From Christensenella sp. (GTDB taxonomy: Bacteria; Bacillota; Clostridia; Christensenellales; Christensenellaceae): DNA of 64,000 nucleotides. The stretch spans positions 70,220-134,219 of the forward strand of contig JAYFQX010000005.1 of NCBI GenBank assembly GCA_034926635.1. The letters run 5' to 3'. Within the stretch, counting starts at the first letter, position 1. Each line of letters opens with the position of its first letter. The notes under the pieces are model-generated. The model was not told where the DNA came from. It saw only the letters and a program-made list of their open reading frames with translations, and searched no databases. Position numbers and translations under genes: made by a program. Shown here one piece after another: positions 46,830-55,489 of this stretch.

Positions 46830-48823
46830 GTACACTCGTAGCGCTTGCAGGCAACCAAAATTGCGGGAAAACAACATTATTTAACCAATTGACAGGATCC
46901 AACCAGCATGTCGGGAATTTTCCGGGGGTGACGGTGGATCATAAAGAAGGCAAAATACGCGGGATACGCGATACCACAGTCGTAGACCTGCCGGGAATTT
47001 ATTCGCTTTCGCCCTATACGCCGGAAGAAATCGTTTCGCGTGATTTTATCATCAAGCAAAATCCGGATGCGATCTTAAATATCATTGATGCAACAAACCT
47101 GCAACGCAACTTATATTTGACGTTGCAACTTATTGAACTCAATAAACCCATGGTCATTGCGCTTAACATGATGGATGAGGTGCGCGCAAACGGGATTACC
47201 ATTGATATTCCTAAGCTGAGCGAAGAGATCGGCGTGCCCATCGTACCAATTTCCGCTGCCAAAAACCAGGGCGTGGAAGAGCTTGTGGAAGAATTGCAGC
47301 GCGTTGTAAAAGGGCGGATTCTGCCGAAACGCACAGATTTTTGCGGCGGCGAGGTGCATAAGGCGCTGCATGCGGCAAAGCATTTGATTGAAGACCACGC
47401 CGCAGGCGCCGGATATCCGCCGAGGTTTGCTGCTTCTAAGCTGATTGAAGGTGATGAACCTTTGGAAAAGGCGTTGGAGCTTGACGCATCTGATAAAGAT
47501 ATTTTGCAGCATATTATTGACCAGATGGAGGAAGGTACGGGGCTTGACCGCGAGGCTGCCCTGGCCGACATGCGTTATCAGTTCATTGAAAAGGTTTATG
47601 GCGAATGTGTCACGCAAAACAGCGAAACGCGCGAGATGCAACGTTCTGTAAAAATAGATAAGGTGCTTACGCATAGGTTTTTGGCAATTCCTATTTTTAT
47701 CGGCATTATGGCTCTTGTCTTTTATCTCACATTCGGACCGCTTGGAGGAACACTTTCTCATTTGCTCGAGGAAGGGATCACAAGCCTTACGGAAGTCACT
47801 AGCGCGGCGCTTTCGTCCGCGGGCGTGTCGGAGTGGATGCGATCGTTCCTTGTAAACGGCGTTTTTACCGGGGTAGGAACGGTACTTTCATTTCTTCCGA
47901 TCATCGTCATATTGTTCTTTTTCCTGTCTATTTTGGAAGACTCGGGATATATGGCGCGGGTTGCGTTTGTGATGGATAGTTCCCTGCGCAAGATCGGTCT
48001 TTCCGGACGCTCGTTTGTACCGATGCTGATTGGTTTCGGATGCAGCGTACCTGCGATCATGTCAGCGCGTACGCTTGCAAGCGACAGAGATCGGAAGCTG
48101 ACGATTTTGATCACACCGTTTATGTCTTGCGGGGCAAAGGTGCCGATTTATGCACTTTTTGCAGCGGCATTTTTTACACAATACCAGGGACTTGTGATGA
48201 TCTCCCTTTATATCCTAGGGATCTTGATTGCGATTTTGACAGGCCTGATCTTTAAAAAAACGTTGTTTAAAGGAAACCCGGTTCCGTTTGTGCTGGAGCT
48301 TCCTGCATACAGGCTTCCATCCATGAAGAGCGTACTGCTGCATATGTGGGAAAAAGCCAAGGATTTTCTTGTGCGCGCGTTTACCATTATTTTTCTTGCC
48401 AGTATTGTCATTTGGTTTTTGCAGTCGTTCAACTTTCAGTTTAATTTTATTACGGATAATTCAAACAGTATCCTCGCCGGGATCGGCAAGGCGGTCGCGC
48501 CTATTTTTGCGCCGCTGGGGTTTGGAAGCTGGCAGTCAGCGACCGCGCTGATTACTGGTTTAACCGCAAAAGAAACGGTTATAAGTACTTTGTCGGTGCT
48601 GACCGGAGGCGAGCAGATGCTGGCGACCTTGTTTACGCCGCTGAGCGCATATGCGTTTTTGTCATTTGTGCTTTTGTATATGCCGTGCGTGGCGGCGGTG
48701 GCAACAACAAAACGGGAATTGGGCGCAAAAAACGCGTTTCTTACGATTTTATATCAAACGTTGACTGCATGGGTAGTCGCTTTTCTGATTTTCCAGATCG
48801 GTTCATTGTTTTTAGGCGGCTAA
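46826..48823 (+). CDS. feoB: Ferrous iron transport protein B
   Basis: GNQNCGKTT, VGNFPGVTV, DLPG, GFGCSVPA, SCGAK, LYMPC. Confidence 0.96.
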   Translation: MSTLVALAGNQNCGKTTLFNQLTGSNQHVGNFPGVTVDHKEGKIRGIRDTTVVDLPGIYSLSPYTPEEIVSRDFIIKQNPDAILNIIDATNLQRNLYLTLQLIELNKPMVIALNMMDEVRANGITIDIPKLSEEIGVPIVPISAAKNQGVEELVEELQRVVKGRILPKRTDFCGGEVHKALHAAKHLIEDHAAGAGYPPRFAASKLIEGDEPLEKALELDASDKDILQHIIDQMEEGTGLDREAALADMRYQFIEKVYGECVTQNSETREMQRSVKIDKVLTHRFLAIPIFIGIMALVFYLTFGPLGGTLSHLLEEGITSLTEVTSAALSSAGVSEWMRSFLVNGVFTGVGTVLSFLPIIVILFFFLSILEDSGYMARVAFVMDSSLRKIGLSGRSFVPMLIGFGCSVPAIMSARTLASDRDRKLTILITPFMSCGAKVPIYALFAAAFFTQYQGLVMISLYILGILIAILTGLIFKKTLFKGNPVPFVLELPAYRLPSMKSVLLHMWEKAKDFLVRAFTIIFLASIVIWFLQSFNFQFNFITDNSNSILAGIGKAVAPIFAPLGFGSWQSATALITGLTAKETVISTLSVLTGGEQMLATLFTPLSAYAFLSFVLLYMPCVAAVATTKRELGAKNAFLTILYQTLTAWVVAFLIFQIGSLFLGG

Positions 48824-48847
48824 AACTATGTAGAAAGGAACCGAAAT

Positions 48848-49015
48848 ATGGCAGATTGGATTTTAGGGATTGCGATTGTGGTTGCGATTGCAGCGGTAGT
48901 CTGGTATCTCGTGAAAAAGAGAAAAAGGGGCGAGTGCGTCGGATGCAGTGAATGTAACCGAAGCCGTAGCTGTGAGAGCTGCCCCCATAATTTGAAGCCT
49001 CCGGAAAAGAAATAA
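48848..49015 (+). CDS. FeoB-associated Cys-rich membrane protein (55 aa, not in ORF track)
   Basis: Translated by hand: MADWILGIAIVVAIAAVVWYLVKKRKRGECVGCSECNRSRSCESCPHNLKPPEKK; AAAGGAA RBS. Confidence 0.85.
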   Translation: MADWILGIAIVVAIAAVVWYLVKKRKRGECVGCSECNRSRSCESCPHNLKPPEKK

Positions 49016-49029
49016 ACGGAGGTTTTTTT

Positions 49030-49938
49030 ATGCTTACAATACTGAAATACGAAGATTGGAAGGATACGGCGTATGTGCTGCACAGTATCTCGCAAATGAT
49101 GGGGAAGGTGAAGCTTGCCCGCATGCCATCCCAGCCGGAGTGGGGACAGGTTGTGCTGCTTTTGACGCCGCAGGGGTTTTCTACCGGGCTGATCCCAAAT
49201 GGAGAAAAAAGTTTTTCAATTGTATTAAACTTCGATACTGCAACCGTATTTGCGCAGACGGTATCCGGGGAAACCTCTGGGTTTTCGCTTCGAAATCACA
49301 CTTCGGTCAGCGAATACTACAGGGACTTTCACCACATGCTGACGATGCTTGCTTGCGATACAGAAATATCGCCAGTGCCGCAGGAAACGCCCACGCAGAT
49401 CCCGTTTCCTGAAGATACCGCAAAGTATGATTATGATAACGATGCAGCGCGCGCGTTTTTTGCAATGGCTGTGTTTGCATACGGGCAACTGCTTGATTTT
49501 GTGTCTCCGTTTCGTGGGAAAAAGCTTCTTCCGTCCTTTTTCTGGGGTACGTTTGATCTTTCTGCGATCCTTTTTTCCGGGATGCCGTGCCCGTTTGACG
49601 GAAAAGGGATCATTGAAGAAAATGCTTTTGACGAGCGTTTTGTGGAATTCGGTTTTTGGCCGGGAGATCCTGCAAATGCAGATCCTTCGTTTTATGTACT
49701 GCCTTATCCGTTTCTGAAAAGCATAGGAACTCAAACAAAAGCACGACCGGATAAAGCGGCTTACAGCGCGCAAAAATCAGAGTATTTTTTAACGCTGGCA
49801 GCGGCGCTTTCCTACCGCGAGCCACAGCGCGCGATACAGGATTTTTTTGGGAGCGTGTTTCACGGCGTGGTAAAAAGCGAGGAATGGAAAGATTTGGCTT
49901 GGCTGACAAAGGCATTACCGCGGTCGCTGAAAAAATAG
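49030..49938 (+). CDS. DUF5996-like protein of unknown function
   Basis: W.DT..VLH...Q..GK, FFWGTFDL, FGFWPGD, FYVLPYP recall this family. Confidence 0.65.
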   Translation: MLTILKYEDWKDTAYVLHSISQMMGKVKLARMPSQPEWGQVVLLLTPQGFSTGLIPNGEKSFSIVLNFDTATVFAQTVSGETSGFSLRNHTSVSEYYRDFHHMLTMLACDTEISPVPQETPTQIPFPEDTAKYDYDNDAARAFFAMAVFAYGQLLDFVSPFRGKKLLPSFFWGTFDLSAILFSGMPCPFDGKGIIEENAFDERFVEFGFWPGDPANADPSFYVLPYPFLKSIGTQTKARPDKAAYSAQKSEYFLTLAAALSYREPQRAIQDFFGSVFHGVVKSEEWKDLAWLTKALPRSLKK

Positions 49939-49973
49939 CGGAAACAAAAAAATGGAGTGCGCAAAGAGATGCG

Positions 49974-50654
49974 TCATTCCATTTTTTGAAAATCCAGTAT
50001 TTTGAAGCTGTTTTTCCAATAATCTATGAGTCCCGCACGCTTCATGGCAGATAGCTCCCGCGAAAGGGCGCTGCGGTCAACGCTCAAAAAATCTGCGAGC
50101 TCGTTGCGGTTGAATTCAATGAGAAAAGGATTGCTTTTTTGACGCCGGTAGGAAGAAAGTAAAAAAGCACCGATTTTTTCGCGCGTGGTGCGTTTGCCTA
50201 AAAAATCAATTTTTTCATTGAGCGCAATGTTTTTTCGTGCCAGCATGCGGACAAGGCGGGCGATAAGCGCATTATGAAAAGTGCAGGCATGGCTGCAAAG
50301 GGTGAGGACTTTTTCTACATTTAAAAAAAGTACGCGGGTTGCCGTTTGCCCTGCCATTACGGAAACCGGGCTTTCCGGTAATCCCGCGCAGGCAAAGGCC
50401 TCGCCAAAAACGCCGCCGGGCATGATATATGCAATAATATTCCTTTTTCCAAAGAGGTCGTCCCGCAGCACTTGCGCCTGCCCGTCGAGCACAATGCCAA
50501 AGCTGCGGACAATGTCGCCGGTATTCCAGATGATATTATTTTTGGGGTAAACGCGTTCGTGGTACCCAAGACAGGAAAGCATAGACCGGATTTCTTCCCG
50601 AGACATATTTTCAAATAATTCGGTTTGCTGCAAAACTCCAAAAAATTGTTCCAT
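49974..50654 (-). CDS. hcpR: Crp/Fnr family regulator, HcpR-like
   Basis: cNMP-type domain (FGEAFAC) plus ELADFLSVDRSALSREL HTH; divergent from hcp. Confidence 0.85.
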   Translation of the reverse strand: MEQFFGVLQQTELFENMSREEIRSMLSCLGYHERVYPKNNIIWNTGDIVRSFGIVLDGQAQVLRDDLFGKRNIIAYIMPGGVFGEAFACAGLPESPVSVMAGQTATRVLFLNVEKVLTLCSHACTFHNALIARLVRMLARKNIALNEKIDFLGKRTTREKIGAFLLSSYRRQKSNPFLIEFNRNELADFLSVDRSALSRELSAMKRAGLIDYWKNSFKILDFQKME

Positions 50655-50669
50655 ATTCCCTCCCGTTTT

Positions 50670-50683
50670 GTTGCAATTGCAAC
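50670..50683. promoter_or_regulatory. Probable HcpR binding site
   Basis: Perfect palindrome GTTGCAATTGCAAC between the regulator and hcp. Confidence 0.7.
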
Positions 50684-50787
50684 GGCACATTTGCTTCTAT
50701 TGTACTATTCTCATACCAGGAAAGCAAATAGACGGGATCGGGGAGCGAAGGTTCCGGAAGAATAAAAAAGCAGGAGGAAAATTAAAA

Positions 50788-52338
50788 TTGGAAATGTTTT
50801 GTTTTCAATGTGAACAAACGGCAAAGGGGCAAGGCTGCACTGTGGGAGGTGTCTGCGGGAAAAAAGCGGAAACGGCAAACCTGCAGGACGACCTCACCGC
50901 AAAAATGATCGAGCTGGCCTGCGCGGCAGAGGGCAAACCCCATTCGCAGGAAACAGACGATTATTTGGTGGATGGACTATTTACCACGGTAACAAACGTT
51001 AATTTTGATGATGCGGATATCCGGGCACTGTGTGGAAAAGGCGATGATCTTATTGCGCGTTTTGGTAAGACTGTTGATTTTTCCGCCGCAACAATCTGGC
51101 ACAACGATGAGGACATCCGCAGCCTGCAGTCCCTTTTGCTGTTCGGGATGCGGGGCATGGCAGCCTATGCGCATCATGCGCGTATTCTCGGGAAACGTTC
51201 AGCAGAAGTAAATGCGTTTTTTTATAAAGGATTGGCAGCGATTGCAAAGAGGCTTCCCGCAGAAGAATATCTTGCACTTGTGATGGAATGCGGCGAGGTA
51301 AACCTTTTGTGTATGCAGCTTCTGAACGACGCAAACGTTGGAGCTTATGGAAAGCCGGAGCCGACAGCGGTCACCACCGATGTAGAAGCGGGACCTTTCA
51401 TTATCGTGACGGGGCATGACCTTCATGATTTGAAGCTTCTTTTGGAGCAAACGGAAGGCAAAGGGATCCATGTTTATACCCATGGCGAAATGCTGCCGGC
51501 ACACGCCTACCCGGAGCTCAAAAAGTATGCGCATTTGAAGGGGAACTTCGGTACGGCATGGCAAAATCAAAAAAAGGAATTTGACGGAGTCCCTGCGCCG
51601 ATTCTTTTTACCACAAACTGCCTGATGCCCCCGGCGGAATCATATGCGGACAGGGTATATACCACTTCTGTGGTGGGATATCCCGGGATGACGCATATCG
51701 GTGATGATAAGGATTTTTCACCGGTGATTGAAAAAGCGCTTGCGCTGGGAGGTTGGAAAGAAAAGAAGGAAATGAGCGGTATCAACGGCGGGCATACGCT
51801 GACCACGGGGTTTGGGATAGACACTGTGCTTTCGGTGGCGCCGCAGGTGATCGATGCGGTAAAAGAAGGCAAAATAAGCCGGTTTTTCCTGGTGGGAGGC
51901 TGCGACGGGGCAAAACCGGGACGAAACTATTATACGGATTTTGTTAAGCAGACGCCGAAGGATTCGGTGATCCTGACGCTTGCATGCGGCAAATTCCGTT
52001 TTAACGATCTTGACCTTGGCACGGTTGCGGGACTTCCGCGGCTGATGGATATGGGACAATGCAACGATGCATACTCCGCGATTCAGGTTGCCCTTGCGCT
52101 GGCGGATGCGTTTGCGTGCGGTGTGAATGATTTGCCGCTTTCTCTTGTGTTGTCATGGTATGAACAAAAGGCAGTCTGCATTTTGTTGACGCTGCTGTCG
52201 CTCGGCATCCGGGATATTTACCTTGGACCTACGCTGCCGGCGTTTGTATCGCCGAACGTGCTTGATATCCTTGTGGAAAAATTCAATATTCATCCGGTTT
52301 CTACCCCGCAGGAAGATCTAAAAGCGATCCTGGGCTGA
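50788..52338 (+). CDS. hcp: Hybrid cluster protein (hydroxylamine/NO reductase)
   Basis: MFCFQCEQ...GC...GVCGK, TGHDL, HGEMLPAH, TTNC, GCDG, GQCND, SWYEQKA. Confidence 0.96.
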   Translation: MEMFCFQCEQTAKGQGCTVGGVCGKKAETANLQDDLTAKMIELACAAEGKPHSQETDDYLVDGLFTTVTNVNFDDADIRALCGKGDDLIARFGKTVDFSAATIWHNDEDIRSLQSLLLFGMRGMAAYAHHARILGKRSAEVNAFFYKGLAAIAKRLPAEEYLALVMECGEVNLLCMQLLNDANVGAYGKPEPTAVTTDVEAGPFIIVTGHDLHDLKLLLEQTEGKGIHVYTHGEMLPAHAYPELKKYAHLKGNFGTAWQNQKKEFDGVPAPILFTTNCLMPPAESYADRVYTTSVVGYPGMTHIGDDKDFSPVIEKALALGGWKEKKEMSGINGGHTLTTGFGIDTVLSVAPQVIDAVKEGKISRFFLVGGCDGAKPGRNYYTDFVKQTPKDSVILTLACGKFRFNDLDLGTVAGLPRLMDMGQCNDAYSAIQVALALADAFACGVNDLPLSLVLSWYEQKAVCILLTLLSLGIRDIYLGPTLPAFVSPNVLDILVEKFNIHPVSTPQEDLKAILG

Positions 52339-52351
52339 AAAACAAGAAAGA

Positions 52352-52388
52352 AAAAATCCCTTTTGCGATGATAGCAGAAGGGATTTTT
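52352..52388. terminator. Bidirectional terminator
   Basis: AAAAATCCCTTTTGC-GATGATA-GCAGAAGGGATTTTT. Confidence 0.75.
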
Positions 52389-52398
52389 GGCTTTTTGC

Positions 52399-52932
52399 TC
52401 AAAGGTCGATTTCGCTTAAAAATTGCAACGCTTCCGAACGGACACGTGAAGAAATATAAGCAAGAACCATCACCTGTAAAACAGGTTTTAACCGCGCATA
52501 TACGGAAGGATCAAGATCCCGCTGGGATAAAAGATGGTCTATCAAATCTCCCGTATCGGTTGCGGCGCGGATGGTATCGGGCGGAATCAGCCCCAGAAGT
52601 CCGACAAAGCAGCCGTAAATCAGGGAAGGCGCATCAGGCGAGACGCGCCTGACAAATTCTATCATGCTGGTAATCTGGTCGATCTGGAACGTATCATTGA
52701 GCATATTGATCATCACGATCGTACAGAACTGGTCGCGGTTATATTTTTTGTTGACTGGCGGCGGCACAAACTTCCGCTTGACCCAATTTTGTACGGTGTG
52801 GGCGGAAAGCCCGGTTAATTGCAAAACCTGAGAGAGTACAAGGCCGTTTGTGGCAAACAGAGAGTCAAGGAAGGTCTCTGCGCTTGCAGCCGTATTGATT
52901 TCTACCGTGGTTCCCGGTAAATATGTCGTCAT
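52399..52932 (-). CDS. DUF1836 domain protein (putative DNA-binding)
   Basis: LSQV..LTG....VQNWVKR..VPPP..KKY motif. Confidence 0.82.
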   Translation of the reverse strand: MTTYLPGTTVEINTAASAETFLDSLFATNGLVLSQVLQLTGLSAHTVQNWVKRKFVPPPVNKKYNRDQFCTIVMINMLNDTFQIDQITSMIEFVRRVSPDAPSLIYGCFVGLLGLIPPDTIRAATDTGDLIDHLLSQRDLDPSVYARLKPVLQVMVLAYISSRVRSEALQFLSEIDL

Positions 52933-53026
52933 AAAAACATCTCCTTTATTTTATGATAACATATGGTCATATGACTTTCAAATGTTTTCGATTGAACTGA
53001 TGTGACTTTTTGACAAGAAAAAATCA

Positions 53027-54001
53027 TTAAAACGGATAGCCTGCGTCGACACGCATTTGCAGCATCATCTTTGAAACATCCAAAGAAAGCTTCTGTGCCG
53101 CATGGTATTCTGCCGCGCTGCCTTCCGGGTCGGTAATATAACGATAAAAATCCCGCATTTCATTTGCCATTAAATCGCGCTTTTCTACATCGCCAAATAT
53201 AATATCTTTACTGCCGTCCGTATGAAACAGCGAGATGCCGGACAAATGGTGCACAAACTCGATGGAAATCGTGCCTTGATCACCAAGAATTTCTGAGCCG
53301 CAGCGATCCTGACCGGTTTTACAGGCGGTAAGGGTAAGCAAAAATCCTGGATAATGGAAAATGCTGGTGAAGCTTCCATCGGCGCCGGTAGACAGGAAGT
53401 TAGCTGTAGTGAATGCGGATTTAGGGAAACCAAACAAGTCAAGTGCAAGATAGACACAATAAACCCCGAGGTCCATCAGGCAGCCTGCGGCAAATTCCGG
53501 GTTGAAAATATTGGGAAGCTCCCCGCTGCAAAAAGCTGCATAGCGTGAAGAAAGCTGGGAAAAATCAAGATGAACACCGGTAATATTGCCGATTTCAGGA
53601 AGAATAGCTTTTAAGATACGGCGTTGTGGCTGATGAACCATCATAATGGCTTCCATCAGGACGACGTTATTTTGCTGTGCGAGCTGCGCCAGTTCGTGCG
53701 ACTGCTGCGGCGTTACGGTAAGCGGTTTTTCGCAGATCACGTGTTTGCCTGCCTGCAAAAACAGTTGGCATTGCTCGTAGTGCAACGCGTTTGGGCTTGC
53801 GATATAAATAGCATCGGCTCTGCTTTTTGCCAAAGCAGAGAGGCTGTTGTATGCGCGGCTGCAACCAAAGCCTGCGCCAAATTCCTGCGCACGCGCAAGG
53901 CTGCGTGAATAAACGCCGTCAAGCTCCCACAGACCTGTGCTGCCTGCGGCTTCAATCATCTGGGATGCGATCCCAGAGGTACCGATTGTTGCGTATTTCA
54001 T
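53027..54001 (-). CDS. Gfo/Idh/MocA family oxidoreductase
   Basis: IGTSGIA, YIASPNALH, ICEKP, GCLMDLGVY. Confidence 0.92.
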   Translation of the reverse strand: MKYATIGTSGIASQMIEAAGSTGLWELDGVYSRSLARAQEFGAGFGCSRAYNSLSALAKSRADAIYIASPNALHYEQCQLFLQAGKHVICEKPLTVTPQQSHELAQLAQQNNVVLMEAIMMVHQPQRRILKAILPEIGNITGVHLDFSQLSSRYAAFCSGELPNIFNPEFAAGCLMDLGVYCVYLALDLFGFPKSAFTTANFLSTGADGSFTSIFHYPGFLLTLTACKTGQDRCGSEILGDQGTISIEFVHHLSGISLFHTDGSKDIIFGDVEKRDLMANEMRDFYRYITDPEGSAAEYHAAQKLSLDVSKMMLQMRVDAGYPF

Positions 54002-54140
54002 ATGTATCCTCCAATGATTTATGGTATTTTTAGTATACCATATTTCAGTATATCGTAAGGAAATATTAAGAATAATTCTTTGATTCGGAGGGTGAAGTAT
54101 GGTATAACTGAATTAAAGAATGGAAAGGAGCATACTAGTC

Positions 54141-54830
54141 ATGATTTGTGGACAATGTAATCAGGAATATGATGGAAATTTAGGCGCTTGCCCATACTGT
54201 GGCGCACCAAACCAGCAGCAGGCAGCGCAGCAGGATCAAAATCAAACGCAACAGGAGGCCGCATATGCACCGCCGGTACAGCAGCCGCAGGACAGCAGCA
54301 CTGCACCGCAGCAGCCGCAGTATAATCAGGCTCCGCCGCAGCAGCCGCAGTATAATCAGGCTCCGCCGCAGCAGCCGCAGTACGGTCAGGCTCCGCCACA
54401 GCAGCCGCAGTACGGTCAGGCTCCGCCACAGCAGCCGCAGTACGGTCAGGCTCCGCCGCAGCAGCCGCAGTACAGTCAGGCTCCGCCGCAGCAGCCGCAG
54501 TATAGTCAGGTTCCGCCACTGGGAGAAAAAGCCAAGAATTTTGGAATTGGCTCCATGGTTTGCGGGATCATCGGGCTTGTCCTTTGCTGTGTGCCTTTTG
54601 TGGGAGTGGTACTCAATATTCTTGCAATTGTTTTTTATACACTTGCAAGGAAGAATATGGCGCCGAGTGAGCAGAACGGCATGGCGACAGCAGGACTTGT
54701 TTGCGGGATCATCGGGTTAATCGTTTCGATTTTTGTGACGATCATCATGGTTGTGGCACTTTCTATATATAGTACGCTGACTTACAGCTATGCGTCGACG
54801 TATCCGTGGGATTTTTTCTTTAATTTTTAA
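54141..54830 (+). CDS. Zinc ribbon + Gln/Pro repeat + DUF4190-like membrane protein
   Basis: CGQC...CPYCGAP, QQPQYxQAPP repeats, two hydrophobic hairpins with GMATAGLVCGIIG; start behind AAGGAG. Confidence 0.82.
   Translation: MICGQCNQEYDGNLGACPYCGAPNQQQAAQQDQNQTQQEAAYAPPVQQPQDSSTAPQQPQYNQAPPQQPQYNQAPPQQPQYGQAPPQQPQYGQAPPQQPQYGQAPPQQPQYSQAPPQQPQYSQVPPLGEKAKNFGIGSMVCGIIGLVLCCVPFVGVVLNILAIVFYTLARKNMAPSEQNGMATAGLVCGIIGLIVSIFVTIIMVVALSIYSTLTYSYASTYPWDFFFNF
54309..54518 (+). repeat. Seven tandem 30-bp units (in-frame VNTR)
   Basis: CAGCAGCCGCAGTAYNNTCAGGCTCCGCCR x7, encoding QQPQY[N,N,G,G,G,S,S]Q[A/V]PP. Confidence 0.95.
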
Positions 54831-54936
54831 CGCGAATACAGGCTGTTGAAATGGATTTCACAAGAATACGCGGTTTTTTTTGCCGCGTATTTTTATGAAG
54901 GCGCGTACTTTTGCGCCGGATATGGAGAGATAGAAT

Positions 54937-55437
54937 ATGATATGTAAAAGATGCGAACAAACCTACAGCGATGCGCTCACTATGTGTCCTTATTGCGGTG
55001 CGCCCAAAGAAGCCGGACAGGAACAGCCTTCCAATAATGCGGAGAGTGGTTATGGCGAAACACAGCCGCAAGGCACACCGCCTGTTTACGGGCAACAGTA
55101 TGGGCAAAGTGCCTATGGTCAACAATATGGGCAGCCGCAATATTACGCGCCGGTACCCGTGAAGGTAAAAGGCGCATCGGCATCCCTCATATGCGGTATT
55201 ATTGGATTTATTTTATGCTGGATTCCGTTTGTGGGATTGGCGCTCAACATTATAGCGATCGCGCTTTCGGCATCTTCCAAAAAGTATGGGCAGAGCGGCA
55301 TAGCGACCGCAGGGCTTGTTCTTGGGATTCTAGGGTTGATCGTCTCGATCATCGTCTCGGTAGTTATGCTGTTTGCATTTGCTGCGATAGGTGCGATTGC
55401 GGGGATCGGCTCGGGGATTGCTACTGTTCTGTCATAA
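54937..55437 (+). CDS. Zinc ribbon + DUF4190-like membrane protein, tandem paralog of 54141-54830
   Basis: MICxxCxQxY...CPYCGAP start shared; YGQQ linker; GIATAGLVLGILG. Confidence 0.82.
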   Translation: MICKRCEQTYSDALTMCPYCGAPKEAGQEQPSNNAESGYGETQPQGTPPVYGQQYGQSAYGQQYGQPQYYAPVPVKVKGASASLICGIIGFILCWIPFVGLALNIIAIALSASSKKYGQSGIATAGLVLGILGLIVSIIVSVVMLFAFAAIGAIAGIGSGIATVLS

Positions 55438-55446
55438 CGCAGGAAG

Positions 55447-55482
55447 AAAAGGACCGCTCGGCTTGCCGAACGGTCCTTTTTT
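55447..55482. terminator. Bidirectional terminator
   Basis: AAAAGGACCG-CTCGGCTTGCCGAA-CGGTCCTTTTTT. Confidence 0.75.
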
Positions 55483-55489
55483 CATTTAT

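Noticed and set aside
54309-54518. Possible CRISPR array
   Set aside because: Units are directly adjacent with no unique spacers, lie in frame within a gene, and no cas genes are present
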